From Octopus sinensis (taxonomy: Eukaryota): a stretch of DNA of 64,000 bases. Numbering within the stretch: position 1 is the first letter of the stretch; every line of letters begins with the position of its first letter. The notes under the pieces were generated by a model, which was not told the origin of the DNA, searched no databases, and was given only the letters and a program-made list of their open reading frames with translations. The stretch is taken from positions 72,726,001 through 72,790,000 of the forward strand of contig NC_042999.1 of the NCBI RefSeq assembly GCF_006345805.1, given 5' to 3'. Positions 50,185-62,546 of the stretch are shown one piece after another. A program made the position numbers and the translations under genes.

Positions 50185-50761
50185 TGTATGTATGCATGTA
50201 TGTATGTATGCATGTATATACGGGTGGTAGCTGGAGGTGTTGACGAGGGTAGCCAAAATTTCAGCAAGTTCTTAAGCTCACTATTAAAATGGACCTACCG
50301 TTAACCGTCTAATTTACGAATTACATAATTAAAATAAATATTACATAAAAATTTTGTTTACACAGTGCTGTGGTGGGGTTTCGACCGAACCTGTCAAACC
50401 ACCTCTGGTTACAGGGTTGTGTGTGCTCTGATTTTATTTTAATTAATTTTATACTAACAGAGAATGAGCTGGTTTCCAACTGAGAAGCAACTTTCATTGG
50501 AATGTAGACGTCAATTGATAGTCATAGCTATGTTATGTATGTATGTATGCATGTATGTATGTATGTATGCATGCATGTATGTATGAATGCATGCATGCAT
50601 GTATGTATGTATGTATGTATGTATGTATTGCATGTCATATCCTTTAATCTTATGTGTATGTATGTGTGTATATATATATATACATACGAACATATGTGTG
50701 TATATATATATATATATTATATATATATATATATACACACGCATATATATATATACACGCG

Positions 50762-50813
<52 letters not shown>

Positions 50814-50889
50814 ATATATATATATTATATATATATATATATATTTATAATAAGTGTAGATCTTCTTTTTTATAAATATATATATATAT

Positions 50890-51300
50890 TATTTCTTCAC
50901 TGCCCACAAGGGGCTACACACAGAGGGGACAAACAAAGACCGACAAACGGATTAAGTCAGTTATATCGACCCCAGTGCGTAACTCGTACTTATTTAATCG
51001 ACCCAGAAAGGATGAAAGGCAAAGTCGACCTCGGCGGAATTTAAACTCGGAACGTAGCGGCAGACGAAATACCTATTTCTTTACTACCCACAAGGGGCTA
51101 AACACAGAGGGGACAAACTAGGACAGACAAACGGATTAAGTCGATTATATCGACCCCAGTGCCTATCTAGTACTTATTTAATCGACCCCGAAAGGATGAA
51201 AGGCAAAGTCGACCTCGGCGGAATTTGAACTCAGAAAGTTGCGGCAGACGAAATACCGCTAAGCATTTCGCCCAGCGTGCTAATGTTTCTGCCAGCTCAC
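50890..51300 (-). mobile_element. Tandem family A SINE array
   Basis: Repeated unit with the junction AAATACCTATTTCTTT at about 51068. Confidence 0.85.
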
Positions 51301-51310
51301 CTTATATATA

Positions 51311-51383
<73 letters not shown>

Positions 51384-51401
51384 ATATATATAATATATAT
51401 A

Positions 51402-51437
<36 letters not shown>

Positions 51438-51779
51438 TGTATGTATGTATATATGTATGTATAAATATATATATATAAATATATATATATATACTTGCGT
51501 GCGTGCATGCATAACACGTGGTCGCATGATCTACCAGAATATTGCATGTCGTAATACGTCGCTAGTCACAATGCGCTTTGCAGCGCTCTAACTTTCAAAC
51601 GCTGCCACCCCACTGGCTAGGCGAGCGGGCTAGCATTCTTTCTAATCGGAGGACTAGTCCGTCTCAGAGTTATCCATTTACAGCCGAGTGAACTGGAGCG
51701 ACATGAAATGAAATGTTTTGCTCAAAAACACAACGCACCGACATGTGATTCTGAAATTCCTATCTCACGACCCGCTTGC

Positions 51780-52130
51780 CTCACAGAGTTTCTTCAACTC
51801 TGACAATACATTTCTCGCCTGCTCTTAATTTGTGGAGCTCATCTATGTCTGTGGTCTTCCGAGACGTTTCTTGTGGACATTTTGAACAGTTCTGTCAGCA
51901 TCAAACTTATCTCTAATTTGAGTGATAGTAAGCCGCGTAGGTTGATCTATTCAAAACTCCCTCTTAAACTATCTTTGCACTTCAAAAGGATTTTCAAATT
52001 TCCAGTAGCACTCAAGGACAAATTTCTTTTGTTCAGAGTTTACTCTGCCTTCCTTCATTATTTCTAATGGGTTAAATTTAAAAAGAAATGAAAATTGAGT
52101 TATCAGTTGTTAAATTATGTATACAGGGAA
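51780..52130 (-). mobile_element. Tc1/mariner-like transposase N-terminal relic
   Basis: Minus-strand IRDKFDADRTVQNVHKKRLGRPQT resembles the HTH/GRP region. TACAGGG lies near 52121. Contains stops. Confidence 0.5.
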
Positions 52131-52803
52131 CACCTTGTACATGCGCACGCGCGTGCGTGTGTGTATGTTCTCGTCTTCTTAACCAAGTGCCACATATTAG
52201 AGCAGGCTCTAATTTTAAAAAATGATAAAAACATACAATCAATGAAGAGACAAAAGAAACAGTAAGATGATACATGTTGATTTTATTAGGTATTTCTGTT
52301 TATTTAGAAACCTACAATGAAATTAGGTATTTTTGTTTATTTAAGAAACCTACAATGAACAGGTGAGACTCTAAACTATAAATTTCACAGGGTACAACCT
52401 TAAAGTTCGCATCGCTCCGCTAAACGCAGAAAATTTCTGTCTCGCCATTGATTAAAAATACCCAGTTTTTTCGATTTTTAAACCTCTGTAACTTCTTTCT
52501 CCAGTTTTTTTCTCCACAACATCATACCTTCAAATTAATGAGACCGGAAGGCTACATTATTATAGCCGATTTTCAGATTTTTTACTTCCTTTTAAAAAAT
52601 GCATATTTTGCGAATGAAAAAAACTAGATCCAAATTTTGTAACTCTCAACTGAATGCTGGTCTATCGCTGGATTGCAACATTTTGTCAGCTGATTTGATT
52701 AGAGCAACATGAAATGAAATGTTTTATCAAGAACACAACACATCGACCTGTACAGGATTCGAACACAAAATGTCATTACGATCATGAGTGCAACACCCCA
52801 ACC

Positions 52804-52846
<43 letters not shown>

Positions 52847-53456
52847 AAACAAAACTGTCCGAAGAACGGGAACGTGAAACTCTGAGTAACAGTTTTTGTG
52901 AAATTTTGGGTACTTTATATATATATACACACACACACACATACATACATACGTGTAAGTGTGTGTGTGTGTGTGTAGTATGTATGTATGTATGTATGCA
53001 TGCATATATATATATATATATATATGGGGGGGGGTAATAATAATTAAAATTATTTTTTCTGAATTTATATTTAGTCTAGTCAGGTGGACGATGTGTGTAG
53101 TGTCTTCAGTCTGTGTAAACCCTTCCAGAATTAAATTTTATACTGGGACCATATTGGACAACGTTATATCATCTTGCTAAGGTATTGCCCTTCCGTGAGG
53201 TTTTGGGACTACACTTCTTTATTTAAGACGGTAGGGTGTTATTTGAGGGAAATTTAGTTTCTATATCTAGAAGTTAGAGAGATCAGACAGAGGATACCCT
53301 GCTGTTTCGTTGGCGTATGTGAGCAAGCTGATGTATGATGAATGCATTGAGGTCCATACGCACATGACCACACACATGCATCCACGCGCGCGCGCGCACA
53401 CACACACACTTTCACTAAAACGTAATGGATATCAATTACATTATACATATACTCAT

Positions 53457-53505
<49 letters not shown>

Positions 53506-53559
53506 TGCACGCAGACAAACAACCATACATCTTAACAAATAACCCATTCTTATCTTACA

Positions 53560-53945
53560 TCTCTCTATATATAAACGGCAGTTTGTCTGTGCGTGTTTCT
53601 GTGTGTCTGTTTTCTCGTACCCTCACCCTGACCACGGCTTTCAACCGATTCTGATGAAACTTGACACACACATAGCCCAATGTCATAATTCAAAACTAAC
53701 GCAGTGAAAATTTTGAAAAGTTCCCCCAGTTCTGAAAAAAATCGATAAATTCGACATGGGGTCGAGAATCAGGAACACAAACCACAAACTGTGTAGGGGA
53801 CGCAACTCCACCTTTTTTAACTATCAAAAAAAAAATTTACCATCATTTTTTTCCATTTTTTTGCTATTCTTTGGCTATAACTCTCTAAAAATGCTTTATA
53901 GTTATTTCCCTTACAAACCTGAGCAACGCCGGGCGATACTGCTAG
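53560..53945 (+). mobile_element. Non-autonomous Helitron
   Basis: It has an A|TC 5' end, a 3' hairpin CCTGAGCAACGCCGGG and a CTAG|T end. Confidence 0.75.
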
Positions 53946-56409
53946 TACAAGATAAAATGGTCAGCTGAAGTCCAATCCTTTGTTGACCTCATTCCTACTC
54001 TGACGTCATTCTAATCAAACCCGATCAGATGGCCAACAATAAAGCGTGGCCTTTCTCTTGACCTTAATTCACCTGAAGAGATCTCAGCTGTATGATTGAA
54101 AGCTTTCTTGTCATCTTGTCACCGTCACATTCACTCACACACACACACTCACATAGTTCATTCACATATTCTTTCTATTATAGGCACACGATCTAAGGTT
54201 TGTGAAGAGGATTCTAGTCGCTTACACCGACCCCAGTGCTCGTCTGGTACTTAATTTTTTTGATCCCGAAAGGGTGAAATGCAAAGTCGACCTCGACTGA
54301 ATTTGAACTCAGAACGTAAACGGCCGGTAGAAATGCTGCTAGGCATTTTGACCGACGCGCTAAAGATTCTGCCAGTTCGCCGCCCTAACTCAACAGCACA
54401 CACACATAGCGCTGCCAAAATTTGAAACATTATCATTTTTATTATTAGCATTAGTATAAAGGCATTAAGCCCGCAGAATCGTTAGCATGCTGGGTAAAAT
54501 GCTTAGCGGTATTTGTTACGTTCTGGGTTCAAATTCCGACTTTAATATTTAAATGGCTTAAGACGGCGAGCTAGCAGAATCGTTAGAACGTCGGGCAAAA
54601 TACTTAGCAGTATTACGTCCGTCTTTACGTTCTGAGTTCAAATTCTGCCGAGGTCCCCTCCCCTAAAATTTCAGGCCTTATGCCTTTAATAGAAAGAATT
54701 ATTAGTATTAGTATAAAGGTGGTGAGCTTGTAGGATTGTTAGCACGCCTGGCAAAATGCTTCGCGACAGTTCGTTCGACTTTACGTTCTGAGTTCAAGCT
54801 CCACCGGGGTCGAATTTGTCTTTCATCATTTCGGGCTTGATAAAAATAAGTACCAGTCGAACACTGATTTTGATGTAATCGATTAGCCCCTCCCACAAAA
54901 TTTAAAACCATTATTACTAATATATCTGAATAGGTGTGACATTAGTAACAACTTTTGTCTGAATGTAATTTACACTTTAGAATTCTTTTGAGTTTCTCTT
55001 TTTTTTTTTTTTAAATCTTACTTTCTTTATTTTTGTCTATAAGATCTGGTCTGAATTCTTCTAAGTTCTCAAGATGTGGGAAATTGAAAGATCTGATACT
55101 GAACTTTTCTTGTGTGGATTTATCATCATTTCCTTTTTCATAGATGTATGCCTTACACTGAGGAAATTTAATTAAATCTTCTATTTCGGGATTCGTTATT
55201 ATATGTGCCGCTATCTTATACATACATACATAATACATACATACATACATACATACATAATACATACATACATACATACATAATACATACATACATACGT
55301 TCTTAGCGACGAAAACGCTATCAATTCAAATTAGCAAACTGTATATCATATTTAAGGCATGTATACTGTTGAAAGCTTTCTAATCTGCGGTGGCCGTGAA
55401 TAGTTGCTATTGATAAGGCTCACAAAAACAGAAATTGGAATTTAACAATGCCACCACCGTAGTGGGCGAGTTTGCTTGCTGCTGCTATGCTTCTGTGTTT
55501 TTCTTTTACCATTATACATCTATAATAGATACTTTCTCTAGAGAAAAATCGAAGTTTAGAAGGCTTTCAACATTATATATATCTTAAGCATGATATAGAA
55601 ATCGTTAATATAGACGAATACTGCCCCACTTCGCTAATATTGGATTTTTATTCTGCCTGCCGGCTAAATGCTACATGACTATTTCAATTAGCAGCTACTG
55701 AAGATGCTTCAAAAAGCAGAAGTCAAGATTTAGCAATGCCACCGCCACTATTAGGCGATTTTCACTTAATGCTTACATATTTCTGCGTCATTTAACACTT
55801 ACCGTCTATAAGAGATACTTTCTCGAGACAAATGCCCCAGTTTAGGAGGCTTTCAACAGTATTTATATTTTAAGCATGATATTCGGGTCACTAATTTATG
55901 CGTGCATACATACTCACGTACATAAATGTCACTGGCCACTCTGAGTTATAGTGCCTCCGATCATAGGCCTGTTCAAAAATCAACAATGTATCCTTTTGAA
56001 TACGTTGCCAGTCTATCACGAATTATATTTCTTGATGATGCAGCCCCTATTTTCGACATCCAGATATACTGAGGCAATGTAGAGCAAATCATACAAACCT
56101 AAAATCACAGTGAAGCACATATGGCTGACATGAACTTGTTTCTTGTTCAGATTACCCTGCACGAGCCTTTGAGCAAATGTTTTCTATCAATGTCTCAATG
56201 ATTAGAATCTATAGAAGGAGATCGCACGAGAGTCATATATGTATGTACACATGTGTGTGCACGTGTGCATATCTAATACAGAGAGCGATTTTGTGTGCGC
56301 ATGCACGTGTGTTCGCATGTGCGTATGTATTCGTATGTGTACGTATACGCACGCGTATATGTCACAAAGAGAAACAGAGTGCTTGTGTGTATGTGTGTAT
56401 GTATGTGTG

Positions 56410-56468
<59 letters not shown>

Positions 56469-56580
56469 TGTGTGTGTGTGTGCTTCATCGACCGATATAG
56501 TCGGAAAATGCATATGTTACGGCGAAAACTGATAACCAGGTTCTTTCCAACAAAAACACCCCGTAGTATTTGTTCTTTCT

Positions 56581-57150
56581 AAGGCGGCGAGCTGGCAGAA
56601 ACGTTAGCACGCCAGGCGAAATGATTAGCGGTATTTCGTCTGCCGCTACGTTCTGACTTCAAATTCCGCCGAGGTCGACTTTGCCTTTCATCCTTCCGGG
56701 GTCGATTAAATAAGTACCAGTTACGCACTGGGGTCGATATAATCGACTAAATCCGTTTGTCTGTCCTTGTTTCTCTCCTCTGTGTTTAGCCCCTTGTGGG
56801 TAGTAAAGAAATAGGTATTTCGTCTGTCTTTACGTTCTGAGTTCAAATTCTGCATGGTCGACTTTGCCTTTCATCCTTTCGGGGTCGATAAATTAAATAC
56901 CAGTTACGCACTTGGGTCGATGTAATCGACTTAATTCATCTGTCTGTGTGTAGCCCCTTGTTAGTAGTAAAGAAATAGGTATTCCGTTTGCCTTTACGTT
57001 CTGAGTTCAAATTCCGCCGAGGTCGACTTTGCCTTTCATCCTTTCGGGGTCGATAAATTAAGTACCAGCTGCGTACTGGGGATCGATCTAATCGACTTCC
57101 CGCCCCCTTCCCCAAAAATTTCGGTCTTTGTGCCTAGAATAGAAAACAGC
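56581..57150 (+). mobile_element. Tandem family A SINE array (head plus 3 units plus tail)
   Basis: Units restart after AAAGAAATAG at about 56815 and 56979. Confidence 0.9.
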
Positions 57151-57290
57151 ATTTGTTCTTCCTTAACTGCATAGACACTTCTTTTTCATTTTCACCATTG
57201 TAAAATATATAAATCAGGAATTACTCCATTAAAAACCTGTAAGAAATTATTCCAGTGTCCACAAGATGTGATATAAGATAAGTATTTTGG

Positions 57291-57370
<80 letters not shown>

Positions 57371-57392
57371 ATATATATATATAGATAATATA

Positions 57393-57759
<367 letters not shown>

Positions 57760-60231
57760 TAAATCAGTAACCATATGCATGGCTGTGTCGGTAAGAAGTT
57801 TGCTTCCCAGCTACGTGCTTCCGGTTTCAGTCCCACTGCGCGAAACCTTGGGCAACTGTCTTCTACTATAGCCCTAGCTCTACTAATTCATTGTGAGTGA
57901 ATTTGGTAGACAGAAACTTTATGGAAGCCCGAAGGGGTGCTGAAAAGTTCCCAGCTTGGGTAAAAGAAAATACAGTAGGATCAGTTAATTATGATTTTGT
58001 TCAACATATTCCCCTCTCAGATTCACACACTTATTGCATTGGTTCTTCTGTTATTCTAAGCCCTATAAAACAACTTAGAAAGTTGGGCCTGCAACCGAGC
58101 CTTTCGCAACACCCTTAAAGCCAGGAACTTTTCAGTACTACTTCGTATGTGTATGCATGTGTGTGTGTCTATGTCTGTGTTTGTCCCTAATGTTATTACA
58201 ATAACTTAGCAGTTCGACAAAAGAGACTGATAGAATGAGTACCAAACTTTTTTTTAAATGCTTAAGTCCTGGGATCGATCTGTTCGACTAAAACCCTTCA
58301 AGGTGGTGCCCCGACATGGCCGTAGCTTAACGACTGAAACAAGAGATTAAAAAATATAAAGATGCCCTCGGCGACTCAGCTATTTCGTTTCTACGCCTTC
58401 AGTATTAGTCAGAAGATATCACCATTTCAACTGAGACCATATTGAAAGCTGATACAGAAAAATGAACACCTGTAGTAACTGGGTGATTAGGGAATTGAAT
58501 GACAAGAAACGGCAAATCATTCAATAGAAAGATGAGAGCGACACAGCAATAGTAACATGAACAAGGCTTTGATTGTACCCTAATATTTGTTCTTACCGCT
58601 ATAGTTATTGTTGTAGTTGTTGCTTTGGTCTACTGGTCTCTTTGTTACTTGAACTACTGACAGATTTACTGTAAATAATGATCACTGCTATTGACTCAAG
58701 CTCACACATTTTAGGAGAGGAGTGGAGTCGATTTAATCCATACCAGTATTACTTTACGCATATGTGTGTGTGTGTGTGTGTGTGTGCACATATATATACA
58801 TACAACTACATATAGGCATGTATGCATATATGTACATATATATTTATGCATAGTAGTAGTAGTAGTAGAGAAAGATTTGGCTGCAATTTCTTAGAGATCT
58901 AGCAACCAAGTACAAGCTTCCTCGCTGTCTTAATGTGTGTGTGTATGTTGTGTGTGTGTGCATACATATACATGTACATGTGTGTATTGTGTGTGTTGTG
59001 TGTGTGTACATACATATAGATGTGTGTGCGTGCGCGCATATATCAGAGGGGTTGAATAGCTTACTATTTTCATAGTTGAGATCACTTTTTGGGGATGGGG
59101 GTGTTTTTGTTTTGTTTTGTTTTTATAGGGGAGGGGGTCAGATTCACAACTGATTGCCTGTATGGGGTGAGTGTGACAGGCTTCTGCATAGTTTCCGTCT
59201 CACAAATTCCACTCACAACGGAATTCGTCGGCATGGAGTTAAGCTACAAGAAACATACCTAAAGTGTCCTGCAGTGGAATCGAACCAGGAGCGATATATT
59301 TGCAAAATGAAGTTGTTAACAATGCAGCTATTCTAACAGCCAAAGTATTTTATTTTATCAGCTCCAAAATAATTCTTTCTAATTTTGATGCAAGTGGAGG
59401 CACATGGCCTAGTATTTAGAGCAGCGGATTCGCGGTCGAGGGATCGCAGGTTCGAATCTCTGACCGGCGATATGTGTGTTTATGTGCGAAACACTTATGT
59501 TCCACTCGGCTCCGGCAGAAGGTAATGGCGAGCTTCTACTGACTCTTTAGCCACAACTTTCTCTCACTCTTTCGTCCTGTATCTAGCAGTTCACCTGCGA
59601 CGGACCGACGTCCTGTCCAGGTGGGGAACCTATACACCAATGAAACCGGGAAACCTGCACTTATGAGCTAGGCTCGGCTCGAGAAGGAGCAAACAGCAAC
59701 AACAACACAACAATTTTGACGGAAGGCCAACAATTTTGAGAGGGTACTTTAGTTTCTCGACCCCGAAAATGAAAGACAAAGTTGACCTCGGCCGTATTTG
59801 AAATGCTGTAAAGTATTTTGTATGATGCCCTAACGATTCTGCCAGCTGTGTTCTTAGCAATAACCCTTTCAACTATAAGTACAAGGGCTGAAAGTGGGAG
59901 TGGGGTGGAGTGTTAATACATGTGTTGAGTGCATGTGTGTGAGAGTGAGTATCTGAGTTTGTGGGTATAACTTTGGACCAAAGGCTTGTGAGAGGACTTA
60001 GGGAAACAGAAAGAAGACCGTCCGGGTGTCTGTATGTGTGTCTCTGTGTTAGTTTCGTCTTTGTCCCTCACCACCGCTTGACAACCGGTGTTGGTATGTT
60101 TATATCCGCATAACTTAGCAGTTTTCAAAATAGTCCGATAGAATGAGCACCAGACTTAAAGGTATGGCCTGGCGTCGATTTTTGTCGACTAAAATCTTCA
60201 AGCGGTGCTCCAACATGGCCGCAGTCCAATG

Positions 60232-60292
<61 letters not shown>

Positions 60293-60483
60293 AGATAGAT
60301 TCTTTGTTTCAGTCATTGGGCTGCGGCCATCTTGGTCACCGTTTGTCGGCAACATTCATCAATTTCTTTAAGATGGGGTCATAACCCCGAAATATTGGCT
60401 ACAAGGTAAGTTTACATTAATTCACATATTTGATTCTTGAGATTTACTTCACATTGTTTTGGCCTTACCCACGATCTTTTATG

Positions 60484-60575
<92 letters not shown>

Positions 60576-60759
60576 AATCATATATCAGCATGCACACACA
60601 CATACATATATATACATACATATATCTATAAATATATACGTGCGTGTATGTGTGTGTATCTATCTAAATCTATATATATATCGTTTGTAGAAATACATAA
60701 GTCCGGTGGAGAAGCACACTTTAAGATGTAGAGAAGTTAATATTACAGCGGGGTAGGCC

Positions 60760-61360
60760 GGTTTATAGGGTTACCTTGAGTTTCTTGCTTATAAGACCCC
60801 AAACACTGATGGCCTGAGACCTTTTTTAAAATATGGAGGGGGAAAAGCCTCGTTTTTAAGGGTAAAACCCTGGGTGATTATCTCCTTTGCCACTGTCCAT
60901 CCATCTATCTTCGGCCGCGCTACCATCTTGCGGTCATCAAAGCACCACGAAAGTAAATGATTGTCTCCCTTCGGCCTTGGCTATTGGTTTCTGGTTGTGG
61001 TGCCGCCCTGCTGATTCCAAAAAGTCAGCAGAAATTTTCTAAAATGCAAGCATGGTCCGAAAATATCCGTTCTGGAGTGCAGGATTCCCCCTGGCACGAA
61101 CGAGACTTTAAGGTTCCTCATGCGTTCAGCAATGCATAACTTGCGTCATTTCGTCCCGTTTATGTAGGGGCCTGTGTTCTCGAGTATTTTCCATGCGATC
61201 GAGTATGGAATGTCTTCGTCTCGTAATTGCCAGATACGGCTGGCCAGTGATGTCATGTATCTTCTTTCCTGGACTTTGAAGGAGGACAGATGATTGGAAA
61301 TACGTTAAGAGAGTTCCCAGTGCACGCCACGTACTTCTGTGGGCGCGTGATGTCGCTGCG
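60760..61360 (-). mobile_element. Penelope-like element 3' part (GIY-YIG plus terminal region)
   Basis: Minus-strand KYVACTGNS..NHLSSFKVQERRYMTSLASRIWQLRDEDIPYSIAWKILE..Y....*RKLCIAER and ILHSRTDIFGPCLHFRKFLL. Confidence 0.85.
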
Positions 61361-61490
61361 CCTGTTGCTGTTGTCGGTGCTGCTGTTGTGGTGCTGTTGT
61401 TGTACTGTTGCTGCTGTATATCGTTGTACGTGTGTATCGTTGGCGATTTCTTCCTCCGTCTTCCCTTCCTTGGATTTTTCCTTTTTCTAT

Positions 61491-61525
61491 GTTTCTGACG
61501 AAGAGCTCCGCTCGAAACGTTAAAT
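61491..61525 (+). ncRNA. Minimal hammerhead ribozyme motif in a PLE terminal-repeat fragment
   Basis: GTTT-CTGACGA-A-GAGC-TCC-GCTC-GAAAC-GTT-AAAT. Stem III is reduced to the palindrome AACGTT and there is one extra A before stem II. Confidence 0.55.
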
Positions 61526-61692
61526 CCTCCTTCTTTCTTTCCTTTCCTGAGCGTCCAATAACATTGTACTTGTTCCAAGTCCTCGCGTTGTTGTGTTTTC
61601 ATGTTTTGAATAACTATATATATATCATATGTATCGTCCGTAAACATACATCCGAAAAAGAGAAGCACACTCTAAGTTATAGAACAATATAT

Positions 61693-61955
61693 ATTAAAGT
61701 TAGATAAGGCCGGATCACCGGCGATCGATAGCCAAAGGGATACAATACCCCTTATTGACATCGGCGAACGATAGCCAGGGGGAGACAATCCCCTTTATTG
61801 ACATTAAGTAACGGAGTCCTTTCCTCCACCTAGTGAAGCCACTCACTAGAGAGACCTTTAGCCAAGAGGTTTTGATGATACGCCATAAAGCTAAGCCCTT
61901 TATGGACGTGAAATCTAAGGTAATCCCATAAACTGGCCTTATCTAACTTTAATAT
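61693..61955 (+). mobile_element. Inverted copy of the 3' terminal region of the 60760-61360 PLE, with short flanking inverted repeats
   Basis: GAAATCTAAGGTAATCCCATAAACTGGCC matches minus-strand GAAACTCAAGGTAACCCTATAAACCGGCC at about 60760-60790. The fragment is flanked by ATATTAAAGTTAGATAAGGCC and its reverse complement. Confidence 0.55.
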
Positions 61956-62029
61956 ATATATATATATATTACGGAGATGTACTCGCATAGCAAGTAATTT
62001 GATCTGAGATCGTGTGCTGAAACGAAAAC

Positions 62030-62492
62030 AATTGCAGCGTGGAAGGTGTTTGTAAGCCATTTAAGAAACACACAAAAGCCGTTCGATTCACTTCAACATT
62101 TAAGTTTAATTTGTCAAAATATTTTCGTCGTTAAAATCCGCGTGTGTATGTGCGTGCATATACACACACATACATACATACATACATACATACATACATA
62201 CATACATACATACATACATACATACATACATACATGCATACACAGGCGTATGTACGTACATGCATACATACATACATACACACATGTATGCATACATACA
62301 CACATACATACGTACATATATATGAAGAACTAACTGTTACTTTCTCAGATGCAGCACGGATCTTTGTCAGTGAACAGGTCGCGGATTTTAGCGACGAAAA
62401 TATTTTGACAAATTAAACTTAAATGTTGAAGTGAATCGAACGGCTTTTGTGTGTTTCTTAAATGGCTTACAAACACCTTCCACGCTGCAATT
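62030..62492. repeat. 113-bp inverted repeat (62030-62142 / 62380-62492) around a (TACA)n spacer, MITE-like
   Basis: The arms are near-perfect reverse complements. The right arm ends where the LINE begins. Confidence 0.85.
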
Positions 62493-62546
62493 ATATATAT
62501 ATAATTGCAATTATATATATATAATTCTGCAATTATATATATATAA

